Assembly (NCBI RefSeq): GCF_001194135.2 | Contig: NC_068989.1 | Location: 61,160,684 to 61,197,661, forward strand | Length of the DNA: 36,978 nucleotides | Direction: 5' to 3' | From: Octopus bimaculoides | Lineage: Eukaryota | In this document: positions 25,017 through 36,396 of the stretch, piece after piece | Layout of the letters: each line of letters opens with the position of its first letter | Numbering within the stretch: the first letter of the stretch is position 1 | The notes under the pieces: generated by a model | The model's database searches: none | What the model was told of the DNA's origin: nothing | The model's input: only the letters and a program-made list of their open reading frames with translations | Translations under genes and position numbers: made by a program

Positions 25017-25330
25017 GTATCCAACCTTTGATTTAAAAAAAACAAGGAATATTAAAAGAACCCACATTTCTGGAGATCTTTTTTAGGATGCTGTAGAACT
25101 TTACCGTCGAATTTTGCGCAATATTCTCTATTGATGCAGATCTTCTCCGTTTGGGTGTTTTTTGAGACTTGGTAATAATAGTCAAATGTCACACGGAGCC
25201 AAATCTGGAGAGTAGGAAGCCTGACGAACAAGTGGCGTTTTCCTTGCCGAGGAACGCTTGGACGATGTCGGCGGAATGAGCGGGTGCATTGTCATGGTGG
25301 AGTTGTCAGTTCTTTCTAGCTGCCCATTAA
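25017..25330 (-). mobile_element. Mariner transposase C-terminal relic
   Basis: QLHHDNAPAHSADIVQAFLGK (second Asp), frameshift, LVRQASYSPDLAPCDI (third Asp), then SIENIAQNST..DLQKC. Confidence 0.85.
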
Positions 25331-26797
25331 TAGTATTCTTTTTTAATTGTCTGACCTTGTGTACTTTCAAGCATATGAACTGTTGCAATTGGCTGTGTTT
25401 ATTAGGTGTGTCACTTTACATTCACGTTCCTTTCAGTATAAGATATTTTGTCTCGTGATTTAGGTCTCCTTCAACAGCATAGGAGTAAACTTATCAATAT
25501 TTACGGTAGTTTTCATAATACTTCGTTATTGGACATCTGTGATGTTAGTGTTCATGTATATATTGGGTATACTTTGTGGTAGTAAAAGGAGAAGTGTTTG
25601 AGATTTTGCCAGGTTGAGCCGTTAGAAAAACTTTGAAGATTTGTACTTACAGGAAGCAAAAATTCAGATTTCTTTAAGTATTTGATTTCTACATAAGCGA
25701 ATGTAGTAGAAATTTGAGGTAGATGAGTAGGGATTATTGTATATACTGTTTCTGGTAAACACTTCTTTTAAGCCAAACAATGTATGTATTTTCCAGTAAT
25801 GTTTCAATATGTTTGCCACGCTTTCTGTGACACACATAATCCAGAAGATTTACAATAAGCTACATTTTACTATTAGCATATTTTAGGTGAGATGTTCAGA
25901 ATATTTTCAAGTATTACTAGGCATTTTTATTACAAAAGTAAGCTATTTATCTAATTATGATGTAAACATGTTAAACTAGCAAGGAATTCTCACCTGACTG
26001 TTAACATACGCTTGAGGTAATTTATTATTTCAACTGCCACGTTTTGACAAAGGTCTTCAGTTGAATAATTTACACATATCATAATACAATTTAGTAAAAA
26101 TAAATATTAATTTTGATCCACAACAGCATCATATGTGAGTAGAGACAATGATTCAACTGGTTTTCACGAATAATATGACATGTTAAAGATTCGTTTTCAT
26201 GGAAATAGGTATAAATACATACGTACGTGCGTACACACGTATACAAACAAACATACACAGATACACATGAATACATATATATATATCTCCCTCCCTCTCC
26301 CTCTCTCTCTCTCTCGCTATATATATATATATATATATATAGAAATATATATATACACACATGCATTCTTACGCACATATACATGCAATAATTTCTCTTT
26401 GACATAGTAATACTGATATCCAGTCCAGTTGTTACAATCCATCATACTTACAATTGAGGAGAAAGTGTCAGCTGAGTATAGAGACAAATAACATTTATTA
26501 AACGCCAACACAAAACAGGCTACATTATACGTTTAATGAACATACAAGCCAATGAATGTAATTACGTATCCCCTGTCCTTTTGTCGTCTACTGATTTGTG
26601 TACGCATGTATATATATATATATATATNNNNNNNNNNNNNNNNNNNNNNNNNNNNNNNNNNNNNNNNNNNNNNNNNNNNNNNNNNNNNNNNNNNNNNNNN
26701 NNNNNNNNNNNNNNNNNNNNNNNNNNNNNNNNNNNNNNNNNNNNNNNNNNNNNNNNNNNNNNNNNNNNNNNNNNNNNNNNNNNNNNNNNNNNNNNNN

Positions 26798-27124
26798 GTT
26801 GATCCGATCAACAGAACAGCCTGCTCATGAAAATTAACGTGCAAGAGGCTGAGCACTCCACAGACATGTGTACCCTTAGCGTTGATCTCGGTGAGAATCA
26901 GCGTGACACAGAGTGTGACAAGGCTGGTCCTTTCAAATACAGGTACAATAGAAACAGGAAGAAAGAGACAAAGTTGTGGTGAAAACTACAGCAGGGTTCA
27001 CCTCGACCCTCTGCCGGAGCTTCGTGGAGCTGGAGGTGTTTTCGCTCAATAAACACTCACAACGCCCGGTCTGGGGATCGAAACCGCGAGTCCGCTGCAC
27101 TAACAACTGGGCCATTATGTCTAC
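26798..27124 (-). mobile_element. tRNA-derived SINE (OR-like), 3' end lost in a gap
   Basis: Reverse complement of 21545-21912 (AATAAACACTCACAACGCCCGGTCTGGG, GTGTGACAAGGCTGG, TTGATCCGATCAAC). A short deletion lies in the tRNA head. Confidence 0.85.
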
Positions 27125-27221
27125 ACACACACACATATATATACCTATATATGTACATATATATATATGCACGCGCGCGTGCGAGAGTGTGTGTGTGTGT
27201 ATTTATACATACATATAGATG

Positions 27222-27441
27222 TGCAAGAGTGTGCTGAAAATTTCCCGGCTTTGGGTAGAAGTATATACAGGAGGGTCAGTTAATTTTGATTTCATTAAAC
27301 ATATTACCCTGTCGGATTCACGCACATATTGCCGTGTCCTTGAGTTTTTCTAAGCCATGTAAAAGAAATCGGAATTTTGGGCCCCCAACCAGGCATTTTG
27401 CGATACCCTTAAAGCCAGGAATCTTTCGGCACCCCTTCGTA
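27222..27441. mobile_element. Mariner-derived MITE, about 220 bp
   Basis: Imperfect TIRs GTGCTGAAAATTTCCCGGCTTT and AAAGCCAGGAATCTTTCGGCAC, ending in ..CGTA. The minus strand retains a transposase tail, CVNPTG*YV (CVNLRGEYVE-like). Confidence 0.8.
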
Positions 27442-27648
27442 TATACGCAAGTACATTATGAAGAATTTTACTAAATAACCCTGCAGTATTCGAAATGAAG
27501 CTAACTGCGCTAACGCAAAGCATTTTTATCATTCAGTATATTATTCTCCGCCTTCATGAGAGACACTAAATTATCTAGTTTATGTTTGCTTTTATCATGG
27601 CTCTTGTTATATGTAGTCGTTTACGATAGCGTTTTCCTGTTGTGCAAC

Positions 27649-27678
27649 CTACTACTACTACTACTACTACTACTACTA
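27649..27678. repeat. (CTA)10 microsatellite
   Basis: Read directly. Confidence 0.95.
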
Positions 27679-28180
27679 GCTGATGTTTTACATGAATTTG
27701 TATATATTTTAATATCTGTCAGCATGTTTGCATTCGTATGAATTCGTTTAGGTATTTTCGCATTGAATACAACAATACGAAACACTTTCAGACAGTGCCA
27801 TCATTATTTCTATTATTCAAAAACCACCCACACATTACGTACAAAATGAATTAAGAAAACGTCCCCATTACAAAAGGAAGGAAGAATAGAATTTGAAAAA
27901 CAACCATAGTAAATAAATTGATACATATGTATTGCTAGACAGATAAATAGTTAGGCGGATACCTAACTAGATAAAGAGAGAAAAGCCACGATATTTGACA
28001 CATAGTTAATCAAACTAGACGTATAGATTATAAATAATTCAGGTACACTAACCTCATGAAAATGTATGCGTATGTCAGTATTTACATAGATTCTATAGGC
28101 ATCATTAAAATTTCAAATAGAAATTACATGGTTAGGAAAATATAGCTGAATATTATTGGAATTGTAATCGTATTTCCAGA

Positions 28181-28573
28181 TTCTTATATTTTACTTGTTT
28201 CAGACATTTGACTGCGGCCATGATGGAGCATCGCCTTGAAGGGTTTTAGTCGAACAAATCGACCCCAGGACTAATTTCTTAAGCATAGTACATAATTCTA
28301 GCGATCTCTTTTGCTGGACCGCTATGTTATGAGGGCATAAATAAACCAAGGGGTGTAAAGCCTTGTTAGGGGACAACACGTACAAATACACATACACGTA
28401 GCTATAGAAATATATATGACTGGCTACTTTCAGTTTCTGTCTACGAAATCCACTCACTATGATTTTTCGAACCGAGGCTACAGTAGAAGACAGTTAGCGA
28501 AGATCCCACGCAGTGGAACTGAACCTGAAACCGTGTGGTTGGGAAGCATGCTTCTTACAACACAGTCACGCCT
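28181..28573 (-). mobile_element. tRNA-derived SINE, older full-length copy
   Basis: Colinear with 29146-29615 (TTTTACTTGTTTCAG..TTTGACTGCGGCCATG, ATCGACCCCAGGACT, AGTAGAAGAC, GGAACTGAACC). Confidence 0.85.
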
Positions 28574-29145
28574 ATTTGGGAAAGTTTCGGAGATTAATCT
28601 TGATAGGAACTTGCCCCAGTGATCAAGACCCTTTCATATATTTGCCAAAATTGCGACGGACTGCACATAGGCAAAAACGCACCGCGTGCGCGCATAGATG
28701 CATGCACGCACACACACATACACACGCACACACTCACGCACAAACAAATGAGAGGTACACGGTGATGATAGAACTCCATCGTCCTAGGTTGAGGTTTCAG
28801 TTTTCTGTCAACTGAAGTATTTGTTCTTGAAATAACGTGTAAACATTACAGACTCGTGTACCATCAACGTGATTCTTCGACAGAACCAATGCCGACAATG
28901 TATCTACTGAATTGCAAATAGAATCTAACCAGTGGTCTCCTAGATAGCTTTCGTGCACTCAGTTTATTTTCTCATGTTTGACCTGAAGCTACAGAAAAAA
29001 CGATTTCTGGTTCAGTTTTTATACAAATGCGTGCTACGGTTCCAGGCAACCACTGCTTCGTGAGTGAATATGGTACACGAAAATGGAGTGCTGATGCCAT
29101 TCGCATATGTATACTTGTATATATAGATACGTACATAGATACATA

Positions 29146-29375
29146 CTCTCTCTTTTACTCTTTTACTTGTTTCAGTCATTTGACTGCGGCCATGCTGGGG
29201 CACCACCTTTAGTCAAAGTAATCGACCCCAGGACTTATTCTTTGTAAGCCTAGTACTTATTCTATCGGTCTCTTTTTGCCGAACCGCTAAGTTACGGGGA
29301 CGTAAACACACCAGCATCGGTTGTCAAGCGATGGTGGCGGGGGGACAAACACAGACACACAAACACACACCCAAC

Positions 29376-29442
<67 letters not shown>

Positions 29443-29615
29443 CACATATATACGACAGGCTTCTTTCAGTTTCCGTCTACCAAATCTACTCACAAGGCTT
29501 TGGTCGGCCCGAGCCTATAGTAGAAGACACTTGCCCAAGGTGCTATGCAGTGGGACTGAACCCTGAACCATATGGTTGGTAAGCAAGCTACTTACCACAT
29601 AGCCACTCCTGCGCC
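29146..29615 (-). mobile_element. Full-length tRNA-derived SINE with internal (TA)n/(CA)n tract
   Basis: Minus-strand head GGCGCAGGAGTGGCTATGTGGTAAG with A-box and B-box GGTTCAGTCCC, and a (GAGTAAAA)n tail. Confidence 0.9.
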
Positions 29616-29639
29616 TATAGATAAATATATTTGTATATA

Positions 29640-29835
29640 TTCTTTTATTCTTTTACTTGTGTCAGTCAGTCGACTGCGGCCATGCTGCAGTACTGCCTTA
29701 AGTGGTTTTAGTTGAAAAAATCGATCCCACAACATATTATTTGTAAGCCTAGAACATATTCTATCGGTCTTTTTGCCGAACCCCTAAACTTACACTGACA
29801 TAAACACACCAACATCGGCTGTCACACGATGGTGG

Positions 29836-29840
<5 letters not shown>
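29640..29840 (-). mobile_element. 3' half of the same SINE family
   Basis: Colinear with 29150-29340. Confidence 0.85.
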
Positions 29841-29874
<34 letters not shown>

Positions 29875-29928
29875 GCGCCACAAACACACACACGCACATA
29901 CGCACACATATATTTATATAGATAGATA

Positions 29929-30577
29929 CATTTCTTTTATTAGCCACACAGGGCTCAACGAAGATGGGACAAATNNNNNNNNNNNNNNNNNNNNNNNNNN
30001 NNNNNNNNNNNNNNNNNNNNNNNNNNNNNNNNNNNNNNNNNNNNNNNNNNNNNNNNNNNNNNNNNNNNNNNNNNNNNNNNNNNNNNNNNNNNNNNNNNNN
30101 NNNNNNNNNNNNNNNNNNNNNNNNNNNNNNNNNNNNNNNNNNNNNNNNNNNNNNNNNNNNNNNNNNNNNNNNNAAAAAAAAAAAAAAAAAATTGGTGGTG
30201 TCGATCAAAAGGGAAAAAGGGGCAGTTCGATCAAAAGGGATCGAAAAAAAAGAAAAGGAAAGGCCGATCAATAGGGATCGTGTATCACACAGTAATGTTC
30301 TCGTGTAAAAAGAGGGGAGGACAGTTTAGGTTTAGCCGTGGAAGGAAAAGCCTACGGAAAAGACCACGGTAACCTTGGTCAATATTCTCATTGAAGAAAC
30401 TATAACAGTAAGTGACTCTCTTTTGCCTTTTTGTTTTATTTATTTTTTCTTGTTCATAGGGTTATGCTCAAGATGGCTCCGTCGTTCACACGTGCCATCC
30501 TTGCTACATTCACCCATCTTTTTTTGAAGCATTCACTAGACAAGACTTCCCTTTCTACTCTCAACTTCCTCTTCAGG
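29929..30577 (-). mobile_element. Tx1/L1-type non-LTR retrotransposon, 5'-truncated copy B (ORF2 C-terminus plus 3'UTR)
   Basis: Minus ORF tail YLKRKLRVEREVLSSECFKKRWVNVARMARVNDGAILSITL* (stop at 30454-30456) and a U-rich UTR interrupted by a gap. The terminal 46 nt match copy A at 45/46 and include AATAAA. Confidence 0.7.
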
Positions 30578-30644
30578 TAGATAGATAGATAGATAGAAAT
30601 ATAGATAGATAGATACATAGATAGATAGATAGATAGATAGATAG
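30578..30644. repeat. (TAGA)n microsatellite at the 5' junction of Tx1 copy B
   Basis: Read directly. Confidence 0.97.
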
Positions 30645-30860
30645 GCACAGAAGTGCCTGTGTGGTAAGAAGCTTGCTTCCGAACAACATGGTTCTGGGTT
30701 CAGTGCCTCTACGTGTCACTTTCCGCAAGTGTCTTCTACTGTAAACGGTTCCTCAAAATAGATCGATAGAATAAGTACTAGGATCGATTTGCTCTACTAA
30801 AGGTAGTGCGCCAGAATGGCCGCCGTCAAATGATTGAAACAAGGGAATAAGAGAAAAAAA
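30643..30860 (+). mobile_element. Internally deleted SINE (head fused to 3' end)
   Basis: Head GGCACAGAAGTGCCTGTGTGGTAAG..GTCTTCTACT joins directly to ..GATAGAATAAGTACTAGG..TGGCCGCCGTCAAATGATTGAAACAAG. The middle seen in the 29146 copy is missing. Confidence 0.8.
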
Positions 30861-30861
30861 A

Positions 30862-31004
30862 TCATATACGACGAGCTTCTTTCAGTTTCCGTATACCATA
30901 TTCAATCACAAAGTTTTGTTCGACATAAGGTGCCACGCATTGGGACTGAACCTGGAAACATATAGTTGTGAAGCATGCTTTTTACCAAACAGCCCCGCCA
31001 GCGC
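30862..31004 (-). mobile_element. 5' half of the same SINE in inverted orientation
   Basis: CTTCTTTCAGTTTCCGT..GGGACTGAACC..GAAGCATGCTTTTTACCAAACAGCC..GCGCC. Confidence 0.8.
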
Positions 31005-31232
31005 CGACATATGGCTTCATATGTGTATACATAATCAAAATAAGCAACAGGATATCAAGAGGTGATACAGTACGACCGTTTGAAGCGAATCCATTTAATT
31101 GAAGAATGCAATCATTACATCAATTTAAATGCACGGCTATCTGCGGCTGCATAAATAAATAAATAGAATATTTAATCAGTTGGACACGTTTAAATAATTT
31201 TAGTTTAATGCTCCAATAGAGCAAGAAGACTG

Positions 31233-31311
31233 TTCTTAGAAGTGAAGTATATTCTTAGAAGTGTAGTATATTCTTGGAAGTGTAGTTTATAGAAGTGTAG
31301 TATATTCTTAG
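31233..31311. repeat. Minisatellite, about 4 x 19 bp
   Basis: Unit TCTTAGAAGTGTAGTATAT. Confidence 0.9.
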
Positions 31312-32764
31312 CTACATTAGTGGCAACATGGATTCTTTCACTCTTCTTGTGTGTTTATCCTCCACCATCGCATACATTTTAGTATGAGTTATATAATGTT
31401 ACCTCATGTTGTTGAAGCAAGTAAGATATTAAGACAAAGTAGGAAAGGTGAGATAGTGTACAAGTTGATGTGTGAAATATGAGTATATGTTTTTCAACCT
31501 TCCTCATTCCATCCTTTTGTTTATTCCTAGTGACATTATACAATACCTCATTTTTGTCTTTTTAAGATGTAGGCTGACTGATTTCCCATGTATTAGGTTT
31601 TTCGATCGCCTCAATATTTCAATATTCGCAGAATTAAATCAGATTTAAATCAGTGCGTCACCAAAAGCAACGAACAATATGCCTGACATAATTTAATCTT
31701 GCTCCTCTACAGTATGAAGTTCAGCATCGTCGTGGTCTATTTTCACTTTAATATTAATTTCTCTTGCAAATTGATTCAATCAGCTACACATAGCACATGT
31801 GCCTAATAAACGCAAATATTTGACATTTCTTCGAAAATGTAATCCTTGCTAGAAGGCATTTCGCTTCATTTACGACATTAATATCTTTGGAAAATGCACG
31901 AATGTCATATTTCCGATTTTCACCTGTAAACTATTACCCTTCTACCCAGTGAAATAAGAAACCAACATAAATGGCAACTTCCCATTAATGTTAAATGAAG
32001 TGTTCAAGTGTGTTGGAAGGCAACGAATAACTGGATTACTAAATCAATACGAGACTAATGTAGGATTTAATGAATCAATATTAAGCTAATGGGTGAAGCT
32101 CTTAATAACGAAGAAAAACATCATTTTCCAGTGTAACAGAACTTTGAAATATTTCTGAGCTTAGAAATTGTGGCTATTATAGAAATTACAGCTGTCACTC
32201 TTAATTCAGCGGAATGTGACATAATAATTGGTTATATTATTGGTTATTATTTATCATATTAGTTACTATACTGGTTATTATAACGGTTATCATATTATTG
32301 CAAAATGTCCCCAAAATATCATTAGATTATGACATCATTCCGTAGTAGGTTTCCCATATATTTATTTCTCTCTTTTTTTCGCACAATATTTTAAGTCGGT
32401 GAACTGGAAGAAGCGTTAACACGTTGGGCAAAATGCGTGATAGCATTTCGTTCGTCTTTATGCTCTGAATAAGTACATCAAAAAGATGTAGGTATATGTA
32501 TGCCCGTGTGTTGAGTTGTATACGTGTACGTGTGTGCATGCCCGAATACACCTCTGTGCCTGTGTATGTTTGTATCTGCATCTCTTAGTTTAACATCAGG
32601 ATTTATTTAATTCTCCCTGTTATTTAACAGTTTAGTGGCAAGAGATAGATTAACTTAAAACAAGTCTTTTTGAATTTCTTTCCTCTGTAAAGCTTTCAAA
32701 GCCGTATCCCAATATGGTTGCTTTGAAAAATAATGAAATCAGTAAAAAAAAAAATGAAAAAGGA

Positions 32765-32988
32765 AATAATAATAATAATATTCCTTTCTTCTAAAGGCAC
32801 AAAACCAAAACTTTTGGGCTGGGTGTTAGTCGATTATATAGACCCTAGTACGTAATTGGTACTTATTTCATCGACTCCGAAAAGATGAAAAGCAAAGTCG
32901 ACCTAAACAGAATTTGAACTCAGACCGTAAAGGCGGACGAAATACCGCTAAGCAATATGTCCGGCGTGCGAACTATTCGGCCAGTTTC
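32765..32988 (-). mobile_element. tRNA-derived SINE (third family) with (TAT)n tail
   Basis: The minus strand reads CTGGCCGAATAGTTCGCACGCCGG..GAGTTCAAATTC..GTCGACTTTGCTTTTCATCTTTTCGGAGTCGATGAAATAAGTACC..AATCGACTAA, then (TAT)n. Confidence 0.8.
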
Positions 32989-33123
32989 TCTTTCTTGGTT
33001 TTATAAGTCGTAGCAGTAATTGTAAAATTGTTAGTGACGCTAAAAGCCAAGAGAATATTTCAAAAACTTCTAAATTTTCACACAAACGCACGTACACACA
33101 CGCACGCACTCACACGCACGCAC

Positions 33124-33127
<4 letters not shown>

Positions 33128-33196
<69 letters not shown>
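33128..33196. repeat. Compound (CT)n(CA)n microsatellite
   Basis: Read directly. Confidence 0.95.
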
Positions 33197-33197
<1 letters not shown>

Positions 33198-35009
33198 ACA
33201 CACACACCTATACCCACACAAACACATGCTTGAATTTATTTATGTATATGCCTATACATAGTATGCTAATATATATGTGCATATGAGTATGTGCCTGCTT
33301 ATATTTGCTTGTGTAAATTTCACACATATTTTCTGCAACTGTCAGTAAATACATGGTCGTTGAGAGTTAAAGGGATTTCGCTCATCAACATATCGAAGAC
33401 TCGCTATGGACACGGGTTATAATGAATGCCTGTACGGTGAAATATTTCCAAATGGGTATAATTTTTCTGCATTCAGTATTTTGAAAATAGACTGTTAAGC
33501 TCCAGCACCTTTTATCAATGTCTCCAGTCAAATAAACAAGTCTTGATATGAAGGTTCGATCTGTTGGAGATCGATACTATATTTCCCTAAAATAATACGT
33601 TATCTTCTTACATATGAAATATGGATGTAAAGGAACTTCGGCTGGACTGTCTTAATTGTCTGCTGCATCAGAATTGGCAATCCAAGCATCAAATGTGCCA
33701 GCGTAAATAGATTTTAATATAAGTTATATAATGTGTATACATACGCACACACTCACACACAGGCACACACTCAGGCACACATTCAGACACACACACGCGC
33801 GCGCGCGCATAAATAGATAGGTATACATATATGCATATATGGAAGAATACTTTCGCTTTATTAATATTTGCTATTATTCATATTGAAATCGGTGTCGTAA
33901 TGTCTCTCTTAGTGACGCAATTGCCGGTCTTGAAGTCTTTCTTGACATCGTTATTTGTTATCAACCGACGAAGGTGATTTAAGAATTTTGTTCTTGGAAG
34001 TGTTTTTAGATATTTGGTGTAATTTTAGGTTGATTTCTAAGAGACACATTTAATTAAGTCAGCAACGCTGAGACACTTGACTTCACTACTTCCTTATCAA
34101 ACGATGCAATTCGATAGCCGCACAGAAATCAAAACTGTAACTATTAATGTTAGTTGGTTATTAGATTTCTTCTCAAAGCAAAGTCGAGATGTCTGCAAAT
34201 TTTTCTCTGCTGAACACAATATATTCATATCAATTCCATTATTTAAATCATTTTCTGATCTTTATAAACAAACTACATTCTAATGGCAAATGCATAAAGA
34301 AAATAGAGACACAATTAAAAAGAAAAAACAATATTAAAAAAGAACAATAAAAATACGAACGGATATATTCTCTGAAAATGTCATATAATATAGGTGAAGA
34401 TGACGGCAATATGTTCCGAAAGTCTCTGCCGTTTTAATACGGTAAAAGAAATTGATATTCTATTACTTGGATTAAAACTTATGCACAATAACCAAATCAA
34501 ATCAATATTTATGAGACATGTACATCATGTGCCTCCTAGTTGCATTAATAACACATATGTCGAAGATTGGATCTCTCAACTGCATTTATTGCTATGTTTG
34601 CCGAATACATTTGAAGCCTCTCTTCTTTCATTTATAGTTATGTGTAATTCAATGTGCAAGAAAGGTAGGAAATTATATAATAAACTTTTGAGAAAGAATA
34701 CGAATAGGAATAGGAAAGATTAACTGCTGAGATGCATTCTCTTTTAAAATAACGAGTTACCACTTGGCCGAAGAAGCAAAATCAATAAGGAAAATGGAAT
34801 CATAAAATAGCGATATACTCAATGAAGAAATTGCTTTCCTTCAGTACCTTGCACAGTGTGGAAACCATAACTTCAACTAATTTTTAGTAAACTTCTACTT
34901 TTGGAGGGAATATATGCGATGAGATTAGCTAAATGCACCATGTGTGGTTGATGTACACACATTGGTCAATATAATAAACAATACTAGAAATAAATGAGCG
35001 ATACGTGCA

Positions 35010-35140
35010 CAGGTTTTACTGCTTAGTTAAGAGTACGCTTCCTAATGATATAGTTTAACCCAGTGTTTGCCACATTGAGCATGAATCATCTACTGTAGTT
35101 TAAGATTGGCCTATACATTTTGAGTTGAATCTAATTGGAT
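35010..35140 (+). mobile_element. Possible very degenerate SINE head
   Basis: Loose match to the 29615 head (GTTAAGAG..GCTTCC..CATTGAGCATG..ATCTACTGTAG). Confidence 0.35.
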
Positions 35141-35189
35141 CTCTCTACAAGAATATTGTTCATCTATCTATCTATCTATCTATCTATCT

Positions 35190-36396
35190 CAACACCCGTT
35201 AAAAGGAGGACTGGGCATGCCGTGGTTGATGATGCGCAGACACGCGCTGAGACTGCGACATCTCCGGCTCTACGTAGACAGCGGTGAACAGGTGTGGTCA
35301 CCGTTTGTGCGGCGCGCTTTCCCGCAGCTCGTCTCCATGACCGAACTGCAGTCATGGATCAAGAAGAGGCCGAGGAAGGGCGAATGGCACCGCGAGTGTC
35401 GCGCTGCTCTTCGGCAACTCCAACAACCCGGGTCAACTTTGAGCGACTGCATCACAACTAACGCATTCTATAGTGGATTAGTGGAGGGAAGGTACGACGA
35501 CGATCTCGGGGCGAACNNNNNNNNNNNNNNNNNNNNNNNNNNNNNNNNNNNNNNNNNNNNNNNNNNNNNNNNNNNNNNNNNNNNNNNNNNNNNNNNNNNN
35601 NNNNNNNNNNNNNNNNNNNNNNNNNNNNNNNNNNNNNNNNNNNNNNNNNNNNNNNNNNNNNNNNNNNNNNNNNNNNNNNNNNNNNNNNNNNNNNNNNNNN
35701 NNNNNNNNNNNNNNNNNNNNNNNNNNNNNNNNNNNNNNNNNNNNNNNNNNNNNNNNNNNNNNNNNNNNNNNNNNNNNNNNNNNNNNNNNNNNNNNNNNNN
35801 NNNNNNNNNNNNNNNNNNNNNNNNNNNNNNNNNNNNNNNNNNNNNNNNNNNNNNNNNNNNNNNNNNNNNNNNNNNNNNNNNNNNNNNNNNNNNNNNNNNN
35901 NNNNNNNNNNNNNNNNNNNNNNNNNNNNNNNNNNNNNNNNNNNNNNNNNNNNNNNNNNNNNNNNNNNNNNNNNNNNNNNNNNNNNNNNNNNNNNNNNNNN
36001 NNNNNNNNNNNNNNNNNNNNNNNNNNNNNNNNNNNNNNNNNNNNNNNNNNNNNNNNNNNNNNNNNNNNNNNNNNNNNNNNNNNNNNNNNNNNNNNNNNNN
36101 NNNNNNNNNNNNNNNNNNNNNNNNNNNNNNNNNNNNNNNNNNNNNNNNNNNNNNNNNNNNNNNNNNNNNNNNNNNNNNNNNNNNNNNNNNNNNNNNNNNN
36201 NNNNNNNNNNNNNNNNNNNNNNNNNNNNNNNNNNNNNNNNNNNNNNNNNNNNNNNNNNNNNNNNNNNNNNNNNNNNNNNNNNNNNNNNNNNNNNNNNNNN
36301 NNNNNNNNNNNNNNNNNNNNNNNNNNNNNNNNNNNNNNNNNNNNNNNTGTATTTGTCCCATCTTCGTTGAGCCCTGTGTGGCTAATAAAAGAAACG
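35190..36396 (+). mobile_element. Tx1/L1-type non-LTR retrotransposon, 5'-truncated copy A, mostly hidden by a gap
   Basis: GC-rich open frame QHPLKGGLGMPWLMMRRHALRLRHL.. (GGLG motif of the L1/Tx1 post-RT region), with no stops over 109 codons up to the gap (35517-36347). It ends in the same 46-nt AATAAA-containing terminus as copy B. Linking the two sides of the gap is inferred. Confidence 0.75.

Noticed and set aside
21545-27124. Inverted pair of OR-like SINEs as a dsRNA source
   Set aside because: About 4.9 kb apart, diverged, and with no evidence of a spanning transcript.
6063-27441. All four mariner-related pieces lie on the minus strand
   Set aside because: Four of four is compatible with chance, and most lie outside any proven transcript.
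14672-31311. Short repeat arrays at 14672 and 31233 considered as CRISPR-like
   Set aside because: Tandem units without unique spacers, no cas genes, eukaryotic context.
33350-33720. Coding-like composition suggesting another transposase relic
   Set aside because: I could not recover any ordered mariner or Tc1 motifs.
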